Source of the DNA: Bdellovibrionales bacterium | Lineage (GTDB): Bacteria; Bdellovibrionota; Bdellovibrionia; Bdellovibrionales; JAGQZY01 | DNA length: 64,000 nucleotides | Reading direction: 5' to 3' | Assembly: GCA_964230645.1 (NCBI GenBank) | Contig: CAXRHT010000002.1 | Coordinates: 704,001 to 768,000 of the forward strand | Shown: positions 48,784-58,365 of the stretch, piece after piece | Numbering within the stretch: position 1 is the stretch's first letter | How the letters are laid out: each line of letters opens with the position of its first letter | The notes under the pieces: model-generated | What the model was told of the DNA's origin: nothing | The model's input: the letters and a program-made list of their open reading frames with translations, nothing else | Databases searched by the model: none | Made by a program: the position numbers and the translations under genes

Positions 48784-51450
48784 CTAAATGGGTTGATTTT
48801 GCTTTTTAATTTTCATTTTCTGGCGCATACCTTTACAGATTTCGTTTTCATAGAGAGCGGCTTTTAAGCTCTTCACCACTGAAAAATTGAGGCTTTTTTT
48901 GGCTTCAATGTAATCCTGTAATTTGCGACTGCTGTCTTGATCACAAAAAATAGGGGCCACATTCTCGATCATCTCATTGGCGTAGAAGTCTCCGGCACCC
49001 TCTGCTAGTCCTGCTAAAGTGTCGTAAAAAGCCTCTGTGAAGTCTTTATGAAGGTCTTTTTGATTGCCCGGAAAAATTCCCTTCATGACGGCTTTCATCT
49101 CTCCAAAAGAATTTTCCTCGTGTTCCTGAGTGAGTTTTTTAAAGTACTTTTGTTTTACAGCTAAATCAGGTTCACTGGCTTTGGCATGCAGGGCGGAAAG
49201 GCGACTCCGTTTTGAGGGATCTTTTTTAAGCTCGCTTGCAATTAATTCGGTAGCCTGCGGATAACCGTTTCTTGAGAGGGCTTGAAGAATTTCCCACCTC
49301 TGATCAGGGTTGGCCAAAAAACTTAGCTCAAGATTTGTTCTTCTTTGTTTTAAGACTTCAGCGAGGGTTTTTAGGACAGAATCACTCTCACTGACTTTTA
49401 CCAAGTTATTAAACCACAAACGTTGCAACTCTTCCTTGTCTTTATTCTCTACAATACGAGTGATCGCGGCTTGCTCGAAAAACTTCACCCAAATATTTCT
49501 CTGCAATTTCCACTCATCGGTGTCGCTGGGATAATAAAACTTCAGGACTTCGTCGACAGAGTCCCAGATCTTAGTGAGAAGATCGGGTCTTTGCTCTGAA
49601 AGCCCGTTGAACTCCACCATTTCAAGGTATTCATTAAGACTCATTTTTTGGTCCACAGTCATCATCCAGAGATCGGACCACAAGAGACTTCGTAAAAACG
49701 GGTCTTGAATATTAGAGAGATTCCCTTTGACCTGGGCAAGACTCTTTTTATCAAGCACAACTTTAACGAAGTCATAGTCTCCATAGTTAGGATAAACCAT
49801 CGATGGACAGGCTTTACCAATCAAGGACTTCAAATAGGTTCGCTCACCGGAAAATTCCACCGTTTTTGTTTTCCAAACCTTTAGCACTCCCCCATAAGGC
49901 CTTAACAAGGCTACCTTAGTTTTATGAGTACGCAACATGGGATGCTCTCTTGTGCCGGTTTGGTAAATTTCAAAATTAGTGATCTTGTTATTTTCACATT
50001 GGTAATAGGTCTCGATTTTATTGTGCATCGCTGTTTTAAGCCATCTCTCATCCCAGGTGGAGAGATCACGGCCTGAGGCCTCAGCCATTGTCGCAATGAA
50101 ATCCTTAAGAGTTGTGTTTTGGCCAGCGAAGCGAGAAAAATAAAGGGCGAGTCCTTTTTTATAGTCCTTTCCAAGAAGAAAAGAGAGTTGCCTTAATGCT
50201 GAGCCCCCCTTGCGGTAAGTGATGGCATCAAAGCTAGCAAAGGCCTCATCGGTCGAGTGAACTTGATCGGTGGCGATCGCATGGGTGTTTTCCGACTGAT
50301 CCAACAAATAGGCCGCTTGTTTGCGAGAGTTCAGACTGGCCCAGCCTTCCTTAAACTCTGTGCTCTCCGTCACACCAACGTAAGAGGAATAAGTGGCAAA
50401 GCTCTCGTTGAGCCAAAGGTCATTCCACCACTCCATAGTGACAAGATTACCAAACCACATATGAGCCATCTCATGATAAAGGGTCACCGCGAGTTTTCTT
50501 TTTTCTTCTCGCGTTTTTTCTCCTTTGGTAACAAAGCGGTCTTCATTGAAGGTCACAGCTCCCACGTTTTCCATAGCCCCAAAGTTAAAATCAGGAACAA
50601 TAAGCTGATCGTATTTTTGATAGGGATAGGGATAACCAAAATAATCTTCGAAGAAATCAAAAGCTGTTTTCGTTAAACCAAACCACTCTTCAGGAACCAC
50701 GTAAGAGGCAAGCGATTTTCTAGCCATTAAACGAAGAGGTATTTCTCGTCCATTGACCTCGGCAACATTTTCCCAGATCTGGTAGTCACCGGCATGAAGT
50801 GAGAATGTATAGGTGGAAAAGCGCTCAGATTGCGGAAAAATCCACTCTTGGTGATTTTCTTTTTCGACAGTCTCGACTTCTCGAACAGAAGTCACAACCT
50901 CCCAAGCTTTTGGCGCCTGAACTTTCATTGTGAACCTTGCTTTGAGGTTCGGCTGGTCAAAGCAGGGAAACATCCTATTGGCCCGGTAAGGTTCAAACTG
51001 AGTGTAAAGATAGGTATTCTTATCTTTTACATCGACATATTTATAGAGTCCCTCACCATCATTTGAGTAGGGATGACTAAAAGACACGAAAACAGAATTA
51101 GAACCTTTTTTAAGATATTTTTTTGGAAGAGAAATATAGAAGCCATTGTACTTTTTCTTTTCGACCGATTTCCCATTGATCTCAAAGGCCAAGACTTTGC
51201 CCCCAAAAAAATCTAGGGTGAGATCCTCTTTTTCTGCCAATTCAAAGCGTACCTCCACCCGTCCTTTGAATTTATCCTTGAGGGTGAGGTCCATATTAAG
51301 ATCGTACTCAACATTAGAGATCAATTCTTTCCGAGTTTGGGCTTCTTCGAAGGTAAGTTGATCTTTTTTACTTCGCCCTTGATCCGAAAATCCCCAGTCC
51401 ACGCAACCCGTGGAGAAAAATAAAACAAGTGTTAGGTAAAAAAATCTCAT
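48784..51450 (-). CDS. pepN: Aminopeptidase N (M1 family), lipoprotein-type
   Basis: YTQFE, FPCFDQP, GAMEN, HEMAHMWFG..WLNESFA, ITYRKG; lipobox FSTGC after ATG 51450. Confidence 0.93.
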   Translation of the reverse strand: MRFFYLTLVLFFSTGCVDWGFSDQGRSKKDQLTFEEAQTRKELISNVEYDLNMDLTLKDKFKGRVEVRFELAEKEDLTLDFFGGKVLAFEINGKSVEKKKYNGFYISLPKKYLKKGSNSVFVSFSHPYSNDGEGLYKYVDVKDKNTYLYTQFEPYRANRMFPCFDQPNLKARFTMKVQAPKAWEVVTSVREVETVEKENHQEWIFPQSERFSTYTFSLHAGDYQIWENVAEVNGREIPLRLMARKSLASYVVPEEWFGLTKTAFDFFEDYFGYPYPYQKYDQLIVPDFNFGAMENVGAVTFNEDRFVTKGEKTREEKRKLAVTLYHEMAHMWFGNLVTMEWWNDLWLNESFATYSSYVGVTESTEFKEGWASLNSRKQAAYLLDQSENTHAIATDQVHSTDEAFASFDAITYRKGGSALRQLSFLLGKDYKKGLALYFSRFAGQNTTLKDFIATMAEASGRDLSTWDERWLKTAMHNKIETYYQCENNKITNFEIYQTGTREHPMLRTHKTKVALLRPYGGVLKVWKTKTVEFSGERTYLKSLIGKACPSMVYPNYGDYDFVKVVLDKKSLAQVKGNLSNIQDPFLRSLLWSDLWMMTVDQKMSLNEYLEMVEFNGLSEQRPDLLTKIWDSVDEVLKFYYPSDTDEWKLQRNIWVKFFEQAAITRIVENKDKEELQRLWFNNLVKVSESDSVLKTLAEVLKQRRTNLELSFLANPDQRWEILQALSRNGYPQATELIASELKKDPSKRSRLSALHAKASEPDLAVKQKYFKKLTQEHEENSFGEMKAVMKGIFPGNQKDLHKDFTEAFYDTLAGLAEGAGDFYANEMIENVAPIFCDQDSSRKLQDYIEAKKSLNFSVVKSLKAALYENEICKGMRQKMKIKKQNQPI

Positions 51451-51595
51451 AGTCTCTCCCCTGCTTCTAGCCCTGCTCACCGAAAGGATTTGGTGGGAAA
51501 TGGAAGGCTTATTTTTACGGTTTATGGCAGAAAGCGTCAACTCCCATGTCTTAAAAAGGACTTGATTTAAAAGGCTCAGCCTTCAGAATGAATCT

Positions 51596-52291
51596 ATGAG
51601 TTCTATTAAAATACACCGCATTACTGCTGACGATTCCTGGGAAATGATGTGGAAAGGCTGGGAGCTGGCTCGCGTGAACTATCCCCTAGCTTTGATCATT
51701 TCGATCCTCTTTTTTGTAGGTACAATCTTGGGATCTATCCCATTTGTAGGACCCCTCATTGCGGGAGTGGTTACCACTCTTGCCCCTCTTGTTTTCCTTG
51801 AGGCCAGTCGTCTTTGGGAAAATGGTGAAAAGGGTGACTTCCAGACGGTTATGAAAGTTTTTGAAAATAAAGATCGTCTAAACGCCCTCACCCCTCTTCT
51901 TTTGATTCAGTTAGTTATCTCAGCCGGCCCCGGGCTTCTAGCCATGCTGCCTTTTTTAGGCGCTGTTGTTGGACTGCTATCGCTTATAACAATACCCATT
52001 TCCATTATTGTCAGCCTCTCAATTCCAATTTTGTTTTTTAATTATCTTTATGAGGATATGGACTACAAAAGGGCCCTAAGCTGGGCTGTTGAAGGGATTG
52101 TTCAAAACTTTGTCGCTTTTATCGTTCTGGTTCTTCTCGTGTGTGTGCTTTCAGTGATCTGTCTTATTCCACTAGGGCTGGGCATTATTTTTGTGGCATT
52201 CCCTATTTACATCACCATTGGTTATCTCTGGTACCGAAGCGTATACGAAGGTCTTCAGTTTGAAAAGGACAAAGAAAAAAGTCTTATTTAA
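51596..52291 (+). CDS. Integral membrane protein of unknown function
   Basis: Multiple TM helices; IPFVG and IPLGLG motifs. Confidence 0.75.
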   Translation: MSSIKIHRITADDSWEMMWKGWELARVNYPLALIISILFFVGTILGSIPFVGPLIAGVVTTLAPLVFLEASRLWENGEKGDFQTVMKVFENKDRLNALTPLLLIQLVISAGPGLLAMLPFLGAVVGLLSLITIPISIIVSLSIPILFFNYLYEDMDYKRALSWAVEGIVQNFVAFIVLVLLVCVLSVICLIPLGLGIIFVAFPIYITIGYLWYRSVYEGLQFEKDKEKSLI

Positions 52292-52703
52292 ATTGTGCCA
52301 CCGCTTTGAACTCAACGGCAATCGGTGTGGGTAAAGCCCCAACTTCTACTGTGGTTCGACAGGGTCCTGACTCCACCGAAAAATATTCGGCGTAAACTTC
52401 GTTAAAAGCCTTAAAATCTTTTTTCATATTGGTAAGAAAGCACTGCACATCAACAAGGTTCTCAAGATCAAGACCTGAATCCTGTAACACAAGGCGTACG
52501 TTTTCGATCACAGCTTTCGTTTGAACTTTCACATCATAGTCCAAGACACTGCCAGCATCATCAAAAACCACTCCAGGGATTTCTTTGGTACCCTTCTGCC
52601 TCGGCCCCACACCCGAGAGGAACAAAAGGTCTCCCACTCTGCGCGCATGAGGATAACTTCCAACAGGCTCCGGCGCCTTCTGACTGATCACTTGCTCATC
52701 CAT
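52284..52703 (-). CDS. RidA/YjgF family protein, 2-aminomuconate deaminase-like
   Basis: APEPVGSYPHARRVGDLLFLSGVGPR, FNEVYAEYF..PCRTTVEV.ALPTPIAVEFK. Confidence 0.88.
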   Translation of the reverse strand: MDEQVISQKAPEPVGSYPHARRVGDLLFLSGVGPRQKGTKEIPGVVFDDAGSVLDYDVKVQTKAVIENVRLVLQDSGLDLENLVDVQCFLTNMKKDFKAFNEVYAEYFSVESGPCRTTVEVGALPTPIAVEFKAVAQFK

Positions 52704-52867
52704 AACCACTCCTTTTCGAAACCACCAAAAGGTACCAGCTTCCCAATGGTAGCGCCAACGCGTTATTCACGACGCCGTATGGCCATATAGAAAATTTAAA
52801 TAAAAGAGAATGCGTAGTTCAGTCCTGCTCCACTGAGAGCTAACTTTAAGCCCATTAAAATTTAGTT

Positions 52868-54070
52868 TTACAATGAGGACTCTGGAAGCTCCACTTCAGC
52901 GGTGATAGCATCGATGATGGGATTAAAAGGCTGGTGCCTTTGAGCTGTAGACCAATTGATTCCATCGCTAGAGATTTTTCGAGTGGATGAGGCATTCTCA
53001 CCCCAACTTCTCGAGAAGCTATAAAAAGTTCCATTTGAATAACCTTGAATGGAGTCTGACGAGTTCCCCATCGTTGTCCAGTTAAGCCCATCTGTAGAGG
53101 AATAATTTATGCGCCCGGCGCGTAAATAAAATGTGCTATTCTCTTTTGAAAAATAAATCGAACCAATACTATCAGCAAACTGGTGGCCAGTTACCCATTC
53201 CTCGGTTTGGGTATTGAAGAGCCTCAGTTGAGAATTTTCGGAACTATCGACGAAGAGAAAAATGCCGAGGCCTGCGCTGAACGTTGTCTGCACGCTTTCG
53301 CTAGTGTTAACATCCCAGTTCATGCCATCCTTACTAAAGGCAAGAGGGGCTCCGCCACTTCCTACCGCCATAAAATAACCGTTTTCAAACTCCATTCGGC
53401 GATATGCTCCATTGGGCCTTGAACCGCTAGCCCAATTTATACGTTGCCAGTTTTGACCGTCAGCACTCCAAACACTGGTTCCACCTCCCATGGAAGCAAA
53501 TACATTATTTCCGAAAGTGATATCTCCCGCCCAGGGGCAACCACCATATGTTACAGTGTCTTTATCGAGAACGATTTCATCCGTCCAATTCTCTCCATCT
53601 TTAGATGTTCTTACATTGACGTGACAACAGCCTCCAATAGCAACAAATTGATTGTTTCCAAAAGCAATCCCACGAAACATATGGGGATCATGATCGGGTG
53701 CGTAGGGTTCAAATTTTCCAAAACGGCACTGATCCTTTAAATAAGCCTCCGAATAGCTTTGCCCCGGAATCAATTGCTGCTCGATATGTTTGAGGGTTTC
53801 AAAGCCATCATGACTGGTCATAATGGCTCCCCCTCGTCCCACACCCACTGAAACACTTTGTTTTTTCAAAGGTGATGGTTGATCTGGAAGAGGTTCATCC
53901 TCTTCATTATCTAAATTGGTTTCATCATTTTGATTGGAAGACTCGCTGCCTTGTTGAGCGCCCAACTCAGCCTGAAAAGGAGTAGGACTGCACCCTTGAT
54001 AGATAAAAATAATACCTAGAAGAAGAACAAGAAAAATATTGATGCTTTTTGAATTTAAACTCAAGACCAC
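52868..54070 (-). CDS. Lipoprotein with Asp-box (SxDGxxW) repeats, beta-propeller-like
   Basis: IYQGC lipobox; SKDGENW, SADGQNW, SKDGMNW, STDGLNW, SSDGINW. Confidence 0.75.
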   Translation of the reverse strand: MVLSLNSKSINIFLVLLLGIIFIYQGCSPTPFQAELGAQQGSESSNQNDETNLDNEEDEPLPDQPSPLKKQSVSVGVGRGGAIMTSHDGFETLKHIEQQLIPGQSYSEAYLKDQCRFGKFEPYAPDHDPHMFRGIAFGNNQFVAIGGCCHVNVRTSKDGENWTDEIVLDKDTVTYGGCPWAGDITFGNNVFASMGGGTSVWSADGQNWQRINWASGSRPNGAYRRMEFENGYFMAVGSGGAPLAFSKDGMNWDVNTSESVQTTFSAGLGIFLFVDSSENSQLRLFNTQTEEWVTGHQFADSIGSIYFSKENSTFYLRAGRINYSSTDGLNWTTMGNSSDSIQGYSNGTFYSFSRSWGENASSTRKISSDGINWSTAQRHQPFNPIIDAITAEVELPESSL

Positions 54071-54226
54071 CCACCCTTTTTATTAGTATAGGGCGACCTT
54101 CCTCCGAGCAAAAGTCTTAATATTAAAAAGGATTTTATGACAAAAGCTCTGACGTTATTTTCGAAAAATACTTTTATTTTTCTCAGTTTGAAGCGATTTT
54201 AAACTTCGGAAAGTTCTCGAAACGAA

Positions 54227-55303
54227 TCACCAGTTATGGTTCTGATAATCGAAATACCAACGATCATGATCAGGGTCCCATTCATCCCAAGTGGGAACCT
54301 CTTCAATTTTGCTCACAAGGTTTTCCGGAACAATACCTGGAACAACGAAAGCTTTCTGTCTTTTTAGGGGATAAGGATTTCGCAGCTCCATTCCTAAAAC
54401 TCCAAGGATGGATCTTGCCACATACCAGGTGGCTTGTGGATTCCAACCATGGGCAATTTTAATAACCACACCAAGGCCTTTAGGATACTCAGGATGTTCG
54501 ATGGCCATTCCCAAAAGTCCATCGGCTCCCTCTTTAGCGATCACCTTTCCTTTACAAGATTTAATCACTGTTGTGTCGAGGCGATTAAAGCCACCAATCA
54601 GATCGGGCTCTTTAGTAAAGGCCTCCCAAATCCAGTCCTCATCTTTCTTCTGAGCGAGCTTAGCGTAACACTGAGCCAATTCATTCACGGTCATTGCCAC
54701 TGTAGGCAGACCATCCCCGTCTCTCGCTACCCTTGGTGGCTCATAATCTTCCCCTAAATAATCTCTGACAATTTCAAGGTAAGCCTTGAAAATGGGGTGA
54801 TTGGGGAGAGTGTAGCCGGCCCGGTTCCAACCTTTTAAACGGCAACCTTTTAAAATGGCGGCGTGATGTCCCGAAGAATTATTGTACCATCTTCGAGGTC
54901 GACGCACCTGTCTTCCAAATTGCACAAGAGGAAGATCGAGAGGTGTGAGCATGAGTCCCCACTCCCCTTCACTTAATAAACTTTGAGCCGCTTCCACATG
55001 TTGAGCCGTGCCGTTGTGGCTAGCCAGCGCAATAGCCTTTTGTTTCCAATCGGTGACCTCAGACAATTCATCGGCAAAGACTTTTATATAAAAAGGCTTC
55101 ATCATGGAGCGCCCATAGCAAAGGACATTTCCGCCCCAGGCGTGTATTTTTTCATCGCCACTGTACCAAGATACCGCTCCGTGAATAGTGTTTTCACTCA
55201 CACCATTTCGCCTAAAATCGACAAGAGGTTCCCACTCCACATCGCGTCCTGTGGGCAAGTTGGATTCTTTTTCACCTAAGGGACTGGAAGGATAGACTTT
55301 CAT
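54227..55303 (-). CDS. L-asparaginase II (class 3) family protein with divergent Zn site
   Basis: GRSMMKP, ASHNG, NNSSGHH, RDGDG, AKEGADG, VIKIAHG. ATGA overlap with the upstream dioxygenase subunit. Confidence 0.78.
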   Translation of the reverse strand: MKVYPSSPLGEKESNLPTGRDVEWEPLVDFRRNGVSENTIHGAVSWYSGDEKIHAWGGNVLCYGRSMMKPFYIKVFADELSEVTDWKQKAIALASHNGTAQHVEAAQSLLSEGEWGLMLTPLDLPLVQFGRQVRRPRRWYNNSSGHHAAILKGCRLKGWNRAGYTLPNHPIFKAYLEIVRDYLGEDYEPPRVARDGDGLPTVAMTVNELAQCYAKLAQKKDEDWIWEAFTKEPDLIGGFNRLDTTVIKSCKGKVIAKEGADGLLGMAIEHPEYPKGLGVVIKIAHGWNPQATWYVARSILGVLGMELRNPYPLKRQKAFVVPGIVPENLVSKIEEVPTWDEWDPDHDRWYFDYQNHNW

Positions 55304-56271
55304 AGGGACTCATCCTCAAGGGGTTCATCTTCTGATGAGAGAACATTACGATCTCCCGGAAAGAAATCCACATTGTCTTCATCAAACTCCAGATCAGGAG
55401 CAGGATGCGAAGTCGGAGTTAGACCTACAACAGCGGCTCCTGTTCCTTGAATAGGTTGATACTCAAAGATCTCTCCTTTATAGGCATTGGTCTCTCCCAT
55501 CACAGAAGCCAGCCACCAAAAGGGCTTAAAGTTTACCACTTTTTTCGTCACTCTCGCTTCTCTATGAAATTGCCTTGAAAGCTGTGACACATCCTCTAAG
55601 CGTCCGCGGGACAAAAACTCAAGAAACTTTTGATTCCACTCTTCATCTTTTTTTGATGAGATTTCATCAGGACACTCTTTGGGGTCCTTTAATGTGTAAC
55701 GGTTAGATAAACTACTGATCGAAATCACCACCGCTTTTTTGTTTTGTTTTTTAAGGGCGTCTTTGGCCCCTTTGCCTAGAATAATTTGCTCGGCGCGGTC
55801 CGAATAGATGTTGCTCGAAACAATGCAGGATTTAAATTTATTTTTAGGATCGAGAAGTTTTAAACAAACCACAGAGCCTGTATCAATAGGAAAACCCTCG
55901 TAGGCCGTAAGCCTTGAGGTGAGTCCTCTTTCGATGTTGGCTTCATTATAGGCTTTGGCGAATTCCACATCGGTTTGAAATTCATAGGGAATACTGCCAA
56001 GTGAGTGCCATTCATCATCAACGAGAGTCCATTTTGGCTTAGGAAGCGCTTGAATCTGATGACCTAAAATACTGGCCCAGTAGGTTGAGTAAACAAGGAT
56101 CAAATCAGGATTTAACTCATCCACTTCTTTGGCGACTTTATCATAAGCCTGTCGGACCTTTTTCCAACTGCTTCTCTCATCAGGCTTTAATAACGGGTGA
56201 GGTAAACCGGGAAGCACATAACCCTTCAAAACATTTTCGCAGTGACTGCTGGTGTATTCTGCTTTTTCCAT
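55300..56271 (-). CDS. amnA: 2-aminophenol 1,6-dioxygenase alpha subunit-like (LigB/class III extradiol fold)
   Basis: VLPGLPHPLL, LVYSTYW, VDDEW, GFPIDTGS, SSLS, YQPIQGTGAAVV; acidic C-terminal extension. Confidence 0.78.
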   Translation of the reverse strand: MEKAEYTSSHCENVLKGYVLPGLPHPLLKPDERSSWKKVRQAYDKVAKEVDELNPDLILVYSTYWASILGHQIQALPKPKWTLVDDEWHSLGSIPYEFQTDVEFAKAYNEANIERGLTSRLTAYEGFPIDTGSVVCLKLLDPKNKFKSCIVSSNIYSDRAEQIILGKGAKDALKKQNKKAVVISISSLSNRYTLKDPKECPDEISSKKDEEWNQKFLEFLSRGRLEDVSQLSRQFHREARVTKKVVNFKPFWWLASVMGETNAYKGEIFEYQPIQGTGAAVVGLTPTSHPAPDLEFDEDNVDFFPGDRNVLSSEDEPLEDESL

Positions 56272-57155
56272 CACTTAGCCCTCCACTCAGCGACCACATT
56301 ACCGGTACCAATCACGGTGCCATAGCCATGAATTTTCGCCGGTGCTTGAGGCATGCCCATAGCCGAGAGCATCCACATCAGCCCTCCGGCATCACACTCA
56401 CTAATGGTTTGTTCAGTAAAGTCAGTCATCACCTCAAAGATTGTCTGCACATCTCCTTTTTTCATAAGATCAATCATCTTCATGTCCCATAGATATTGAC
56501 CATGATGGTAAATATGCTCGGCACTCATGTCCTCTGGAACATCAGGCTCTGTAATAAAATGGCGATGAGACAGGGAGTGACTGGCAAGAAGAAGGCATTT
56601 CTTACCAGACTCCTCAATGGCTTTTTTTGTGGCCTCGCCGAGTTTAAGCATTTCCTCTTGCATCACGTCCATAGAAAAATAAGAAGCTCTTCCAACACTG
56701 GAAATGCCGACAATGGGTTTATCCCAAGAGGGATTTGTCATTTGCAAGGCTGTAATCGTTCCGTAGTCGATTCTGAAATCGGGATTTCTCATCATCTCTA
56801 CAAGCATTTCATTGTTCTTAGCTTCTTGATAAATCTTTTCAGCCAAATCGACGTCGACTTTTAAATCGTAATTAAAGCGAAACAAATGAGGAAAGATAGG
56901 GTCCACTGATTTCGATTTAAATTCAGGACACCCCAGAAAGTGCGTGGCAATTTGGGTTCTCCAATGAGGGGAGTGGACCAATATCACATCGTAATCCACA
57001 TCACTTAAAGAATCTCTTAATCTCTCATAGGCCCATCTCAAAGTTTCCCAGCCACACTCTGAGCGAGGCTCGTTCTGAGGGGGGTTCTCTCCATAGACAA
57101 GATGGGGAGGATGGGGCGCTAAACATCCAGCAACAATTTGACCTTTTTGACTCAT
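56271..57155 (-). CDS. amnB: 2-aminophenol 1,6-dioxygenase beta (catalytic) subunit-like
   Basis: LAPHPPHLVYGENPPQNEPRSECGWETLRWAYER, HSPHW, SVDPIFP, FRIDYGTI, HSLSHRHF, SECDAG, YGTVIGTG. Start at ATG 57155. Confidence 0.88.
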   Translation of the reverse strand: MSQKGQIVAGCLAPHPPHLVYGENPPQNEPRSECGWETLRWAYERLRDSLSDVDYDVILVHSPHWRTQIATHFLGCPEFKSKSVDPIFPHLFRFNYDLKVDVDLAEKIYQEAKNNEMLVEMMRNPDFRIDYGTITALQMTNPSWDKPIVGISSVGRASYFSMDVMQEEMLKLGEATKKAIEESGKKCLLLASHSLSHRHFITEPDVPEDMSAEHIYHHGQYLWDMKMIDLMKKGDVQTIFEVMTDFTEQTISECDAGGLMWMLSAMGMPQAPAKIHGYGTVIGTGNVVAEWRAK

Positions 57156-57484
57156 AGTCTGGCAATATAAGAGTTGAAGAGGAGCTTGTCTAGCCTCCAT
57201 TTCTATTGTTCATTATCTATTGCCCCTGTGATTTCAATCCTTTAGCAGGAAGACCCCTTTCATATCTGAGGCAAGACTTCCCTACGTGCTTAAATCCAGA
57301 GGGCTTCCCCTATTCTATTTGATATTGTCGATTTTTTTCTCGATTGGACTTTTTGCCCCACTCAAATCCAAGAAAATGGCTTTTCTCCCTATTCCCTCTT
57401 GTTTCGCCCAAGCTCGTACCCTCAAACTCCGATAAGACAAACAGAGGAGACAGGTGATGAGGAAGCAACAAAAGGAATGAAACC

Positions 57485-58144
57485 ATGGAAAAGTCCAAGC
57501 TAATCTTTATATTAGGATTTTCTTCTCTATTAATGAGTTGCTCTGGAGGGTCCGACTCTAGCAACACACTCGATTCACAACTGATTTCGTCTGATGTCGC
57601 CTACGCTTCTTGGCCCAACAGCACCACCACAAAAACAAACTCCATTCAGATCACTTCCCCTGTTCTTCTTTCTGACATGAACAAAGACGGAGTACTGGAA
57701 AACATTTTCATTACAGTTTTACCAAACTCCACTCAACCGGAAAATAGTGTTCTGCGCGTAACAAGTGGTGAGGCCTATGATGAAATCGTAAACTACGATG
57801 CCAACAGGACTCCCCTTTTTCAAAATTCTTATCCCTTCGTCTACGACGTCAATGATGATGGTGATAAGGAGCTTCTCCTAGTTGGATACGATCTTGATAA
57901 AGTTTACTGCTTTGACTTTAAAGACAATGAGCTGGACCAAATTTATATCCGCTGGTCGGCTCGCCTCCCTCAGGCTCTCCCCTCTGGTTTTGATCCTCGA
58001 ATGAAGCTTATTGAAAAAGACGAGCAGATCATGATTCAAATTGAAAACTATGGGATTTTTGAGAAAAAACACAGAAAACCCAAAGTTGTTTTTATTAATC
58101 CTCCCGGTAAAGACCAAGAGGATGATGACGACGACGATGACTGA
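57485..58144 (+). CDS. Lipoprotein with FG-GAP-like Ca-binding motifs and an acidic tail
   Basis: Lipobox LMSC; DMNKDGVLE, DVNDDGDKE; poly-D C-terminus. Confidence 0.7.
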   Translation: MEKSKLIFILGFSSLLMSCSGGSDSSNTLDSQLISSDVAYASWPNSTTTKTNSIQITSPVLLSDMNKDGVLENIFITVLPNSTQPENSVLRVTSGEAYDEIVNYDANRTPLFQNSYPFVYDVNDDGDKELLLVGYDLDKVYCFDFKDNELDQIYIRWSARLPQALPSGFDPRMKLIEKDEQIMIQIENYGIFEKKHRKPKVVFINPPGKDQEDDDDDDD

Positions 58145-58365
58145 GCGCACTCGAAGGATCGCCTCATTTTAAGAAATCTTCCAGCCTCTCTAAGACTCTG
58201 AACTTCTTTTTGTCGCAGCTTAGAAGCTGGCCTTTTATCCAATGAGTCCTTAAGCGATTAAAATCACTAAAGATATAACACCTTTTCACCTTCCCACTTG
58301 AAACAACCCCCTAATATTTCTCCTGTTTTCTCCGATATATAGGATGGAGACATCAGAGGAACCTC

